From the NCBI RefSeq assembly GCF_009914755.1, contig NC_060931.1: a stretch of DNA of 64,000 nt, one strand, 5' to 3'. Under the pieces are notes generated by a model. The model saw nothing but the letters and a program-made list of their open reading frames with translations. It searched no databases and was not told the origin of the DNA. Positions within the stretch are counted from its first letter, which is position 1, and each line of letters opens with the position of its first letter. The position numbers and the translations under genes are program-made. This document shows positions 16,516 through 29,488 of the stretch, in pieces. Source of the stretch: the human T2T-CHM13v2.0 reference genome, Homo sapiens.

Positions 16516-16605
16516 CTATTTTCATATTTGTGAGAAAATGAAATCACAGAATTTCAAAATTTTGGGGACGAAGATATACAACCTTCCACCAAATCCAGTT
16601 TTCTG
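16516..16605 (+). pseudogene. RGS exon relic (alpha7-8 plus linker; 90 nt, phase 0-0)
   Basis: tataag|LFSYL*ENEITEFQNFGDEDIQPSTKSSFL|gtaagc. Confidence 0.55.
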
Positions 16606-16779
16606 GTAAGCATTTACTGCTCTTATCCTTTAAGATCTAAACTTAAAACTGTATTTTCTCGGAAGCCTTTCCTCATTCTTTCAGCTGCTGTCATTCTTGC
16701 CTCTATTCAAATCTATGATGCTTCATTTGCACTTTTTGTTTTTTTGGCAATTTATTACAGTAAGTACTTTGAAATTTAG

Positions 16780-17207
16780 TGGTCTAGCCTGTTTGTGTAG
16801 CTAGAAAGGAATACTTGAGGCTGGGTAATTTATGAAGAAAAAAGGTTTATTTGGCTTACAGTTCTGCAGGCTGTACAGGAAGGATGGCATCAGCATCTGC
16901 TTCTAGTGAGGGCTTCTGGAAGCTTCGACTCAGGATAGAAGTTGAAGGGGAGCTGGCATGTAGAGATCACATGGTGGAAAGTAAGAGAGAAGGAAAAAGA
17001 ATAGGGAGGGAGGTGGCAGACTTTTAAACAATTAGATCTCTGGGAACTATTAGAACTGAGGAGAACTCACTCATTACCACTGAGATGGGACTAAACCATT
17101 CATGAGGGATTTGCCCCATGACCCAAACACCTTACACTAGGTCCCACCTTCAACATCGGGGATCAATTTAGATGTGAGATGGAGGGGACAATTGTCCAAA
17201 CTATGTA
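16780..17207 (-). mobile_element. MSTB-like MaLR LTR
   Basis: GAGGCTGGGTAATTTATGAAG...CAGCATCTGCTTCTAGTGAGGGC...TCCAAACTATG. Confidence 0.75.
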
Positions 17208-17892
17208 AGTTTGTTATTTTTCCTAAAACAGTATCTTATAATAAATAGGAATATAAGTGTGTGTTAAAATATAAGCCTGTTAATTTTACAAATGTGAAAC
17301 GATTTGCAGTTATGGCAAACAAACAAAACAACTGAATCTCATTAGTATGCATGAGATTCAGGCTTTGAGAAGTTTTCTTTGATGAAAAACAAAGGCAGAG
17401 AAAGCCATCATAACTATATCCTGCAGAAGCAGGGGTACATTTATCTGGTCAGAAATTGCAATAATTTTTAATTGTTGTAAATTTTTGCTAGCAAATTAGA
17501 TTTGCCAGCATAGGCTATAACAATTTGTTATAGGTTGAATTGTGTCCCTCAAAAAGATATGTCAAATCTTAATTTTCAGTACCATAATGTTACATTTTTG
17601 TAAATAGGGTTATTGCAGATGTAATTAAGTTGAGCTTGGGTTCCACTAGAGTAAGGCAGGCTCTTAATTTAATATAATTGGTGTTCTTATAAGAAAGAAT
17701 AGACATAGAGACAGAGATGCACAGGGATAACACCATGTAATGACAGAGGGAGAGACTGCAGTGACACACCTACAGGCAAAGGAACATCAAGGGCTGCCAA
17801 TATCTTAGTCCATTTTCTGTTGCTTATAAAAATATCAGAAACTAGATAATTTATTTTAAAAAAGGATTCAATTTCTTAAAAATAGGGAGGCT

Positions 17893-19869
17893 ATTTTCAC
17901 AGTATTGATTCTTCCTATCCATGAGCACAGAATGTTTTTCCATTTGTTTGTGTCTTCTCTTATTTCCTTGAGCAGTGATTTGTAGTTCTCCTTGAAGAGG
18001 CCCTTTACATTGCTTGTAAGTTGTATTCCTAGGTATTTTATTCTCTTAGTAGCAATTGTGAATGGGAGCTCATTCATGATTTGGCTCTTTGTTTGTCTGT
18101 TATTGGTGTATAGGAATGCTTGTTATTTTTGCACTTTGATTTTGTATCCTGAGACTTTGCTGAGGGTGCTTATCAGCTTAAGGAGATTTTGGGCTGAGAC
18201 AATAGGGTTTTCTAAATATACAATCATGTCATCTGCAAACAGAGACAATTTGACTTCCTCTCTTCCTATTTGAATACCGTTTATACTGCCCAAAGTAATT
18301 TATAGATTCAATGCTATCCCCATCAAGCTACCACTGACTTTCTTCACAGACTTGGAAAAAACTACTTTAAACTTCATATGGAACCAAAAAAGAGCCTGCA
18401 TAGCCAAGACAGTCCTAAGCAAAAAGAAGAAAGCTGCAGGCATCACACTACCTGACATCAAACTATACTACAAGGCGACAGTAACCAAAGCAGCATAGTT
18501 CTGGTACGAAAACAGATATATAGACCAATGGAACAGAACAGAGCCCTCAGAAATAACACCACACATCTACAACCATCTGATCTTTGACAAACCTGACACA
18601 AACAAGCAATGGGGAAAAGATTCCCTATTTAATAAATGGTGTTGGAAAAACTGGCTAGCCCTATGCAGAAAACTGAAACTGGACCCCTTCCTTACACCTT
18701 ACACAAAAATCAACTCAAGATGGATTAAAGACTTAAATGTAAGACCTAAAACCATAAAAATCCTAGAAGAAAACTTGGGCAATACCATTCAAGACATAGG
18801 CATGGGCAAAGACTTCATGTCTAAAACACCAAAAGCAATGGCAACAAAAGCCAAAAATTGACAAATGGGACCTCATTAAACTAAAGAGCTTCTGCACAGC
18901 AAAAGAAACTATCATCAGAATGAACAGGCAACCTACAGAATGGGGGAAAATGTTTGCAATCTATTCATCTGACAAAGGGCTAATATCAGAGTCTACAAAG
19001 AACTTAAACACATTTACAAGAAAAAAAAACCATCAAAAAGTGGGTGAAGGATATGAACAGACACTTCTCAAAAGAAGACATTTATGCAGCCAACAAACAT
19101 ATGAATAAAAGCTCATTATCACTGGTCATTAGAGGAATGCAGATCAAAAGCTCAATGAGATACCATCTCTCACCAGTTAGATGGCTATTATTAATAAGTC
19201 AGGAAACAACAGTTGCTGGAGAGGATGCAGAGAAAAAGAACACTTTTACACTCTTGATGGGAGTGTAAATCAGTTCAACCATTGTGGAAGACAGTGTGGC
19301 AATTCCTCAAGGATCTAGAACTAGAAATACCATTTGACCCAGCAATTCCATTACTAGGTATATACCCAAAGGGTTATAAATCATTCTACTATAAAGACAC
19401 ATGCACACATATGTTTATTGTTGCACTATTCACAATAGCAAAGACTTGGAACCAACCGAAATGTCCATCAGTGATAGACTGGATAAAGAAAATGTGGCAC
19501 ATATACACCATGGAATACTATGCAGCCATAAAAAGGGATGAGTTCATGTCTTGCAGGGACATGGATGAAGCTGGAAACCATCATTCTTGGTAAACTATCA
19601 CAAGAACAGAAAACCAAATACCACGTGTTCTCACTCATAAGTGGGAGTTGAACAATGAGAACGCATGGACACAGGCAGGGGAACGTCACACACTGGGGCC
19701 TGTCAGCGGGTGGGGGGTGTTAGGAGAGGGTTAGCATTAGGAGAAATATCTAATACAGGTGATGGGTTGATGGGTGCAGCAAACCACCATGGCATATGTA
19801 TACCTATGTAATGAAACTGCACATTCTGCATGTGTACCCCAGAATTTAAAGCAAAAAAAAAAAAAAAAA
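17893..19869 (+). mobile_element. 5'-truncated, 5'-inverted L1 (about L1PA8); inverted part 17893-18282
   Basis: ORF2 RT peptides on minus then plus, 3'UTR and poly(A); residual TSD AGGCTA. Confidence 0.9.
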
Positions 19870-19883
19870 GGCTAAAAAGTCCG

Positions 19884-20186
19884 GGCTGGGTGCTGTGGCT
19901 TACGCCTGTTATCCCAGCACTTTGGGAGGCTGAGGCAAGCAGATCACCTGAGGTTGGGAGCTCAAGATCAGCCTGGCCAATGTGGTGAAACCTTGTCTCT
20001 ACTAAAACTACAAAAATTAGCCAGGCGTGATAGCGCGCACCTGTAATCCCAGATACTCAAGAGGCTGAGGCAGCGGAATCGCTTGAACCCAGGAGGTGGA
20101 GGTTGCAGTGAGCCGACATTAGGCCACTGCACTGCAGTCTGGGTGATAGAGGGGGACTCTGTCTCAAAAAAAAAAAAAAAAAAAAA
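19884..20186 (+). mobile_element. AluS
   Basis: Full dimer with A tail; GATCACCTGAGG. Confidence 0.9.
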
Positions 20187-22445
20187 CCCAGCATTGGGGG
20201 ACTGCATCTTGTGAGAGTCTTCTTGCTAGTGGGGATTCTTTGTAGATTCCTAAGACAGCTCAGGGCATCATACGGTGAGGGGGCCGAACATGCTAATGTG
20301 TTTGCTCAGGTCTCTATTCCTCTTTTTATAATGCCACCAGTTTCACTTCCTTGAAAATCCATTAATACATTAACCCATTAATACATTAATCCTTGAACAG
20401 ATTAATTCATTCATGAGGGCAGAGCCCTTATGACCAATTACCTCCTCAAGGCTCCACAACTCTATACTGCCACCTTGGGGATTAAGTTTTGACGTGAGCT
20501 TTGGAGGGAACAAACATTCAAACCATAGCAGCCAGCAACCACCAGAAGCTAGGAGAAAAGCGCAGAATCAGTTCTCTCCCTCCAGGGGAAACCAACCCTG
20601 TCAACACCTTAATTTTGGACTTACAGGATTCAGAACTGTGAGAGATTAAATTTGGCTTTTGAGGTCCTCCAGTTTCTAGTAATTTGTTACACAGCCTGGA
20701 ATTCTGATACACCATTGTTCTCCATTATCCATTTATCTCAGTAAAAGTTTTAAATTCAACGCCTTTAAAAAGCTGGGTTGCAACTGGTATTTGAGAAAAG
20801 TTGAGAAGGTGAAACTATTATTTATGACTGCCTCTTCCAGCAGTGAGGAGAGAAGCCCCCTGAAGAGCCATGAGGAAAGTAGAACACAGACAAGTGTAGT
20901 ATGTCCAGGCAAGAGGTGTATACAATGCCAGGTAGGAAAATAAGAGAGATAAAGCAGGGCATGAAGTCTAAGGTTCATGTAAATAATCAGCAACCAGGTG
21001 AACTAAAAAAATTGAAGCAGAAGTAAGATGTGGGTTGGTTAAAAGTATGGGTGAATCAGAGCTCTTCATCATTTAAGGAGCAAGTCAAAGTAACATGAGA
21101 ATAGAAACTCAGAGTCAGAGTAATGAAGAAAGGAAAGGAATAACCCTGAAGCTGATGCTGTTTGCTCCCCTATACCCTCCCTTCCTTTATTCCTGTCTCA
21201 GATATTTCAGTTGTGAATAACTTTTGCCTAGAGGCCTATATGTTCTAGAGTCTAAAAACAAATAGCTGACTACTGTGGAGTCAACAGAATAGGGTGCACA
21301 CACAATTTTCTGGCAGAGGTATTTCTTATATTGATCACTTAAACCAGTCTCTTCATAAAATATTAACATTACAAGCCTTGGTTAGAGTATGTTAACTGCT
21401 AAGAGCCTGTGGTGAGACCTGAGTTCGTGTTGGACTATAACTTCAACATAATGCATTTTTTAAAAAATCAGTAAACACAAAGATACTTTTCCTTTTAACT
21501 ACATAGGAAAATTCAGAATATCATTGTAGAACACCCTACAGTTATTGTACAGTAAATAAGTACTTCTCATTTTATTCTGGCATCTGAAACTATACCTACA
21601 TGTACATATATATATACACACACATAAATACATATATATAAACATGTAACAATTTCTCATGTCTCTAACTTTAGTTTTCAGCATTGAGAGTATAGTCAGT
21701 GTGATGTTTTTACCAGAGACTGTTGTAATCCCAAATGAAAAGGAAATATGTGGTGCTATTGTGGATGAATACAGGCTGCTATAGTTGAGCATCAGAAAAT
21801 AAATATACAGGGTGAGTTTAAGAAGAATTTTTAAGAGATATATTACTGCCCTAGAATAATGCTTGAGTGCTCATTTTCCAGTGTCAAAGTAGACATATGG
21901 CAGAAGATTCCAGAGAACATTTTTCCTATTTATATAAAATGGGATAAAGGATATTTAAATATAGCATTATCTAAGATTTCCTAATCTATTTATTCATTTA
22001 GTTACATTCTACAAATCTTCCAGATATAAATGTGATACAAAGAGACTCATATATTGTCTATACTCTAGGGCTATATATAGGGAAAAGACAGATATATGCA
22101 TTCAACTGTAATTTATGGCAGAATGTGATGAGTCAATTATAGATTCAAAGCAAGATATGTATGTACAGATAAGAGCATAATTCTCTGTAAGTAATCAGAG
22201 GAATTTTCTTGGAAGAGAAGGGATTTGAATAATTGAACTGAGCCTTACAATTTAGGTAAGGTTTTGCTCCTCAAAGCTACAGAGAGAGTTTCATCAATGC
22301 CCCCTAGTCAATAAATCTATTGATCAGGTGAGTAGTCAGTCTAGTGTGGCTAGAGTATAGGGAACAGAGAGATAAGAGAGGAGAGGCACATGAGGTCAAG
22401 ATCAAGGTCATAAAGGACCCTGGAATGCCAAAGCTAAAGTTTAGG

Positions 22446-23196
22446 TTTTTTTTTTTTTTTGAGACATGGTCTTGCTCTGTTGCCCAGGCTGGAGTGCAGT
22501 AGGGCAATCATGGCACACTGCAGCCTCAACCTCCTGGGTTCAGAAGATCCTCCCACCCAAGCCTCCTGAGTAGGTAGGTGTGGGAGTTCAATCAGGGTTG
22601 TGGGAAAAATTGTAGAAAGATGCAAACCTTCTTGGGAGGCTGGAAGGTTTTATAATAGTTTCAGTAAAAGATTTGGCTGAAGGCAGCTGAATTCTCTTAA
22701 AAGCTTAGGGTGTAGATATAAGGAATGTAGGGGAGTATATCTAAATAGCATGTTTACTCATGTGGTCCTAAGACTGACCTTTGATCATTTGAGGGTGACA
22801 CTGCTCTCTCCAGGGGAGGGTGACCAGATTAATTACCCACAGGTGTATTGACCCAAAGCCTTTGTCATTTAATCTATACTAAATAAATGCAAACTTCACC
22901 GGCTTATCAGCACACACTGTGGACTCAGGCAGCAGAGACCCTTAGCTGTGCTGACAGGCGAAATATCTGTGTCAGTGTAAGTCTTTCATTCATCTCTGGG
23001 TCAGGGTCTGCAGGTCGGACCTGGCAGCTGGGACTATAGGCATGCATCAACATGCCCAGCTAATTCTTAAATATTCTGTAAAGATGAGGTCTCACTATGT
23101 TGCCTAGACTGGTCTCAAACTACTGACTTAAAGTGATTCTATCTCCTTGACCTTCCAAAGTGCTGGGATTACATGCATGAACCACCACACCTGTCT
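22446..23196 (-). mobile_element. AluJ split by an LTR
   Basis: AluJ diagnostics (CACTGCAGCCTCAACCTCC, GTCTCACTATGTTGCC); TSD CAAAGCTAAAGT at 22429-22440 and 23197-23208. Confidence 0.85.
22579..23026 (+). mobile_element. LTR22-family (HERV-K HML-5) solo LTR
   Basis: TG...CA, 448 bp, TGTGGGAGTTCAATCAGGGTTGTGGGAAAAAT start, AATAAA, 6-bp TSD GGTAGG/GCTGGG. Confidence 0.75.
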
Positions 23197-24088
23197 CAAA
23201 GCTAAAGTAGCTGGATGACATTCCTTAGGAAACATCAAGTCAATAAAAAATTTTCATGGGTGATACAGTTATTTTTTTTTAAATCATGTTCTCCTCAATA
23301 TGTCTACAATACAACTGTTTCTTTGTCTCATTACCCAGATGACTGATTATGAGTTTTGGTCTGCTTTCAGAGAGTTATCCTTCTTTCCCTATTTCTTGAT
23401 AGCTTTTCTTTTCAGATTCTAACTTTTGACATTTGAAATATGAGCCTCTGAACTACAGTGTCTGTATTGAATTATTTGGTAAAGTCATAAATGTATTATT
23501 TAGTCAAGTCATAAACTTGAATTTGTATACGTCAGGAATTTGTTTTAAATCTTAGTTTTTTAAAAAGCTTACCATATATAAAAATTTTGGCACTAGTGTC
23601 ACCACTGTTCTTATAACATTAACTAAATTCTTCAAAATCAATCTGACTCATTTTTTACTTTAACCTAATTTCTAGTATGAGATCCACAGAGATCACTCAG
23701 CTGCCATCAAAATGTGATATAGGAATAAGATAACTGAATTGACATGTATTCCTTAGAGTAACTCTATCCACCATTTCTTTCTCCAAAAGAGTTTTGATAG
23801 CTTGTCAAACATTTTATTATGAAGAGTCATTATGTGACTGACTTCACCAAACTCCCTATCAGTACACATCCAATCAGGCTTAAAATAGAATTAGTGTTTT
23901 CCCAATTGTTTCTAGTGTTGTGAATAAGAATTGTTCACCTCAAGATATTCTGAGAGGTAACATGGTACAGTGGATTGAGGAACAAAGAGAAAGTTTTGAA
24001 TCTAGACATCTATTTTTCATCATAGAATTTTCAGATAAATTTAGAGGATTTGACTTCACTTCTTTCTATAATATATTCTCTTGTCTAG

Positions 24089-24560
<472 letters not shown>

Positions 24561-25064
24561 TTTAAGATGATAGATCTGTCAATGTGAAATGTTCCATATT
24601 ACAGTTCTGTTTCTTTAGGACAAAAATGAAATCCAAGCTATTTCTAAAGGAAGAAAATTGCTTCACTGCACTCTTTCTCTGTCTCTTTTATTCCTGACAA
24701 TGAATACACAAATGTATGATTTCATAAAATACCCTTACCCAATTTTGAGGCTTATATATGTGTTTATTGATTTAATCTTAATTTTTTATTGGTAAACTTA
24801 TTTAGCAGTTCAATTCCACTTTTTGAATATGCATAAAAAGAGGTAGATTCACCAACACAATTGAACACTACTCAATCCTTATTATCATAGGATAATTTCA
24901 CTTAATTTCAACATACATCTCTATCTTTTAGAAACAAAATAATTTAAGATATATCTTAAATTATTGATTTATAATCATATCAATGAGGACTTTAAAATTA
25001 TATATGAATATAAAATGTTCAATATGAATTTGTTTTTCAGTTGCATGATTTTTATTAACTATTA

Positions 25065-25379
25065 CAGTCAACTATCTATATCTGTTGGTTCTGCATTTAT
25101 GAATTCAACCGAAGATAAAAAATATTTAAAAATATATAAAAAATACAGCAATAAAATAATACAAATTTAAAAGAATGCAGCATAAAACTGTTTACATAGC
25201 ATTTACATTGCATTAGATATTATAAGTAATCTAGAGATGATTTAAAGTATGTGGGAGGATGTAGATAGGTTATACGCAAATACTACACCATTTTATATAA
25301 GGGACTTCAGCATTGGCAGATTTTGGTATTCAAGGGGGAGTGCTGGAACAAATTTTCTGTGGATATGGAGGGATGACTT
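25065..25379 (+). mobile_element. MER2 (TcMar-Tigger)
   Basis: TATTATAAGTAATCTAGAGATGATTTAAAGTATG core and inverted termini. Confidence 0.8.
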
Positions 25380-25780
25380 TACTTTTAAAGAGGTGAAACT
25401 TGGCCACTTTGCCTAGAACTTAGTGAGGGAAGTGAGGAGAGACAGAAGCTAGATGTGGGTAGGGGCAATGGTGTGCTCTTCATGCTTGATTTCTTATGCC
25501 TCAGAAGGAAGAACGTTTTAAAAGCTGGCTACCTGTAAGAATGAATTGGAAAACCAAAGAGACAAAAATACACAAGAAAACATGAAATGTCAACAAGAGT
25601 AAGAGGTGGTCAAATGTGGACATTTGTTCCACTTAACTGAATTGTGGGTGAACACTGGAAACTAATTTGCAACCTTTGATGTAATTATCTATGCATTAAT
25701 GTTACCCTAGACTTTTAAAAGAGCTAATTACAAACATTTTACATTTATGTAATAATTAAATTATTTATCTTTCCTTGCAG

Positions 25781-26377
25781 TTATGCATAAGCCAATTAAG
25801 TCATTTACTGAAGAGGTTAGATTGACTTTTATATCATCATTGAAATTGCTATGACTTATGACAGATTTGTCCTCTCCTTCTCAATGTCAATTTTAGAAAC
25901 TTAAAATCCAATTAAATTGCTGACTTGAGAGTGGATTTTTGAAAAGTTTAGACACTCAGTTATTCAAAATATATTTAAGGCTCAGTAATAGAGAAGCACT
26001 TGATTTTCTTTGGATTTGAAGCAACTATTGTAAGAAAAATAGATTGTTCACAAGAGTTTGAACATTTCTTTTCCTGTAAGTATTTGTATTGTGTTTTATT
26101 ATACTTGCTTGAAAACTTGATAACTTGTTCAGATTTCAGAATCTCATCACTATTTTCTTTCAGGGATGGAAATGCATTTCTATCAGGACATAAAAAAGTC
26201 TATGGGTTTGTCACCTTTGAGTAGGATTCATTGTCATCTCTCAAAAATCTATGAAAATTCAAAACAAAAGATATCATCCTTTTAGGAGATGTTGTAATTC
26301 ACTCTCTAAATGATTTACCTGTATTATATTTGAATCTGCCAATTTTTCTGCCTTCTAGAATAAAAATAATTAGACTG
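25781..26377 (+). pseudogene. Three exon relics (25781-25815, 25897-26075, 26164-about 26377) with short introns; RGS alpha2-alpha5
   Basis: VMHKPIKSFTEE|KLKIQLNC*LESGFLKSLDTQLFKIYLRLSNREALDFLWI, then 1-nt shift to EATIVRKID; donor gtaagt at 26076, acceptor ttttctttcag at 26163. Confidence 0.72.
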
Positions 26378-27805
26378 GTGGGATACTCTGTGATCTCTAA
26401 TAATATTTGTTGAAGCTGGCTCTTGGATATAAAATGTCTATACATTTATATTTTTCAAAAGTTCTAAATAACTGAAAATTATCAGGGATAAGAGGATGCT
26501 ATTACAAGTTGAAAGATTAGCATATCATATGGATTAAAAAACAGTGTGATGAAACTGGTATTACAGTGATTTGCCTCTCAAATATTCACCTGATGTTATT
26601 TAAAGACTTTGATGCTTACTGCAATGCTGCAACACATCGGACACTCAATTAAATCTTGTTCAAGAAATGAATGAACTTTGAGTAAAATCTTGTTCTTAAT
26701 TTTTAAAGTTTTATTTATGTAGTATAATATTAAAATATTTTACTACATCATTAAAAACCCAGATGATTCTATTAGTTTGTGGACAGGATTTTTTCCATAA
26801 TTAATTTCATTTTATGACACACACTGCAAAGTGATCATACCTGGAAGGTATAAAATAAATCCCAAATACTTAAAAAACTAGTTATGTTCCACAAAACATG
26901 TTTTGAACTAGTCTCAATAGTTTCTTTGAAATGTAAAATTTATTTACTCTACTATTTCAAAAGTTCCGTTAGTATTCTAAAGACTAAATTAGACAATATT
27001 TCTACTGTCTGAAAGGATCATAATGACAAAAATTTATGCTACCAATAATATGGGAAAATATTATTTGTTAGAAAGAACCCTTATATTTAACTAGTATGGA
27101 AAGGGATATATCAATTATTTTCTGATCATAGATAAAGTGTAATGGTGAAGTGTTTGTTCAGTAATATGTCCCATTACATATTATTTTGTTTCTGTGAGGT
27201 TCTATTATATATTCTCTTTAGCACATGAAATCAGTTAAAATTTTAGAATAAATTTACTTTTCTCAAAAAAACCCCCACCAGATTACTCACACCATAGGAC
27301 AAATTTAAAGCATTTTGTAGTTGAATAAGGCCTTAAAGATAATATAGCTTAACTTCTACCTTCTCTTCCCCTTTTCCTCTACCCACATTTTGCACGTAGG
27401 TAAATTGAGAATGAATGAAATTCCATGTTTTGAAGGTCCTACTACGTATAACTAGTGACCAGGAGAGGACGAGAGTCTTCTGACCTCCAATTTTTGTGGC
27501 TTTACCCACTGCGCATTTCTGCTTCTTTCCAAAATTTGGGCCCTTAAATTATCAGTGTCTTAGGGTGAAATTCAAGCCCTCCCAAGCACAATTTTCCATT
27601 TAGTTTCCTTTTATCTTTGTATGAATAGTATGACAGGGAAGCCTGGTTGAGGATAAGGGACATTCACGAGGTTTAAGGGACGTGTTTAAGACTACATGTA
27701 CTTAGCCTAAGGGACAGGACAATAAACAAAACCTAAGACCCTATAGTCAGTACATTTTTCACTAAATCAAAAAGCTTCTGGTATAAATGTGCATTCAAGC
27801 CAGAG

Positions 27806-28169
27806 CATATTGCCATGCTGGGGGAAGGAAGAGCATGATTATGGCAAAAATATGTAAATGAGCACCTGCTGAAGACCACCAGAGCCATCTGCTCCTTGGA
27901 ATCACGTACCCATTTACCAACCTCTTTTTGTTAGCTTTTCCCCTCAGTTGTTCAGGACATGAAGGGAGGACCACATTCTCTAATTATGAATTTTAAAGCA
28001 TTAGCAATAATTGAGATCATCTCATAAAATGAACTTGCCAAAGAAGTGCCTGCTTGATTTAGTGGACTAGTATCTTAAACTGCTTGGAGACCTATGTGCG
28101 AATCTTAAAGAAATTGTGGCCAAAAAAATTCTTAAAGTTGACCCTATAGATTATCAGAATCAGAATGAG
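27806..28169 (+). pseudogene. RGS-domain relic, frameshifted
   Basis: MLGEGRA*LWQKYVNEH / NFKALAIIEII / MNLPKKCLLDL / LETYVRILKKLWPKKFLK (28084-28137); donor GAG|gtattc. Confidence 0.6.
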
Positions 28170-29163
28170 GTATTCATTCTAGCATTGGCTATATCTCTGA
28201 TTTATGATTCTAGCATCCTTTAGAACCTCAACCAAATCCCATCAATGTACTCCACTAAATACCTTTCCTAGTTCTATTAGTGTCTATTAAAAAGTCCATT
28301 AGTAGACTAGTCATTGATATTGACATTATAAAAATTGTGCATAGCTGCATAGACAATTTGAAATATGCAGAAAACAAGAAAATGGAAATGAAAGAATAAA
28401 AGACACAAGTAATTACCACCTAGATAGAGTTGCTCATTTTAGGTATATATTTTTTCACTATGTGTGAATATATATGTAAAATTTGTGAATAAATGAAAAA
28501 TACAAATAACATCAGGTACGGTTTATTTACATATATTCAAAACGTAACATTCTAGACATACAAAATTTTATCATTTAACAATGTATTGTGAAAATGTACT
28601 GTGTCATATAATATTTTATAACATCATTTATCATTTTTGCATGGTGTAGATGAATTCTGGTTGATTTAATTATTCCCTTTTGTTTTATACTTAGGTTGCT
28701 AGCAGTATCTTTATTCTAATTAACTTTTATAAAAATCATTACACATATATCTTGGCACACATATCTAATTATTTCCTTAGAAAAATATTCTCAAAGTGGG
28801 AATTGTTGGGTCAAAGAGTATAAACCTTACTCCTAAAAGATATTTTTGAAGACTTATGTATATATGGTAAGACGTTTTAACCTAATTATTCTCATCATCA
28901 TAGTCACCATTCCTGGACATTTATTATCTGCTGAATGCAGCTCACATTACATGGGTTTTCTTATTTATTTGGCACAACAAAATCCTTTGTGTTTACTATT
29001 ATTATGCTCGATACTGAGATTTGGTGGAAGATAAATTTTAATAATTTTGTATATTTTTAAAGTGTATTTGACCTTGCCAGCACTCTATATCCTTATCTTT
29101 TATGCAAGCTGGTTTTGTAAGCCTTAACTTATTACTGTTAATAGTCCCCTGTACCTCCATAAA

Positions 29164-29488
29164 TTTTTTTTTGAGACAGAGTCTCGCTCTGTCGCCCAGG
29201 CTGGAGTGCAGTAGCATGATCTTGGCTCACTGCAACCTCTGCCTCCCGGGTTCAAGTGATTCTTGTGCCTCAGCCTCCCAAGTGATTCTTGTGCCTCAGC
29301 CTCCCAAGTACAGGCATGTACCACTATGCCCGGCTAATTTTTGTATTATTATTATTATTTTATTTTTTAGTAGAGACAGGGTTTTACCATGTTGGCCAGG
29401 CTGGTCTCAAACTCCTGACCTCAGGTGGTCCACCTGCCTAGGCCTCCCAAAGTGCTGGAATTACAGGCATGAGCCACCGCGCCTGGCT
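29164..29488 (-). mobile_element. AluS with an internal 26-bp tandem duplication
   Basis: Full dimer; TSD ACCTCCATAAATTTT/ACCTCGATAGATTTT. Confidence 0.88.

Larger units (their letters stand above)
17801..20530 (-). mobile_element. MSTC-like LTR, itself split by an L1 and an Alu
   Basis: TATCTTAGTCCATTTTCTGTTGC...CAAACCATAGCA; 5-bp TSD GCCAA/GCCAG. Confidence 0.7.
17526..20710 (+). mobile_element. MLT1B-like LTR split by nested insertions (pieces 17526-17800 and 20531-20710)
   Basis: TGTTATAGGTTGAATTGTGTCCCTC start; resumes GCCAGCAACCACCAGAAGCTAGG; ends CTGATACA. Confidence 0.75.
21202..23478 (+). pseudogene. Three exon relics forming one RGS domain (21202-21318, 21682-21811, 23339-23478)
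   Basis: ISVVNNFCLEAYMF*SL / IESIVSVMFLPETVVIPNEKEICGAIVDEY (donor gtgagt) / LIMSFGLLSESYPSFPIS. Confidence 0.65.

Noticed and set aside
26164-26410. Possible cyclic-nucleotide-binding domain (DIILLGDVVIH)
   Set aside because: No phosphate-binding GE/RTA cassette; the surrounding exons fit RGS much better.
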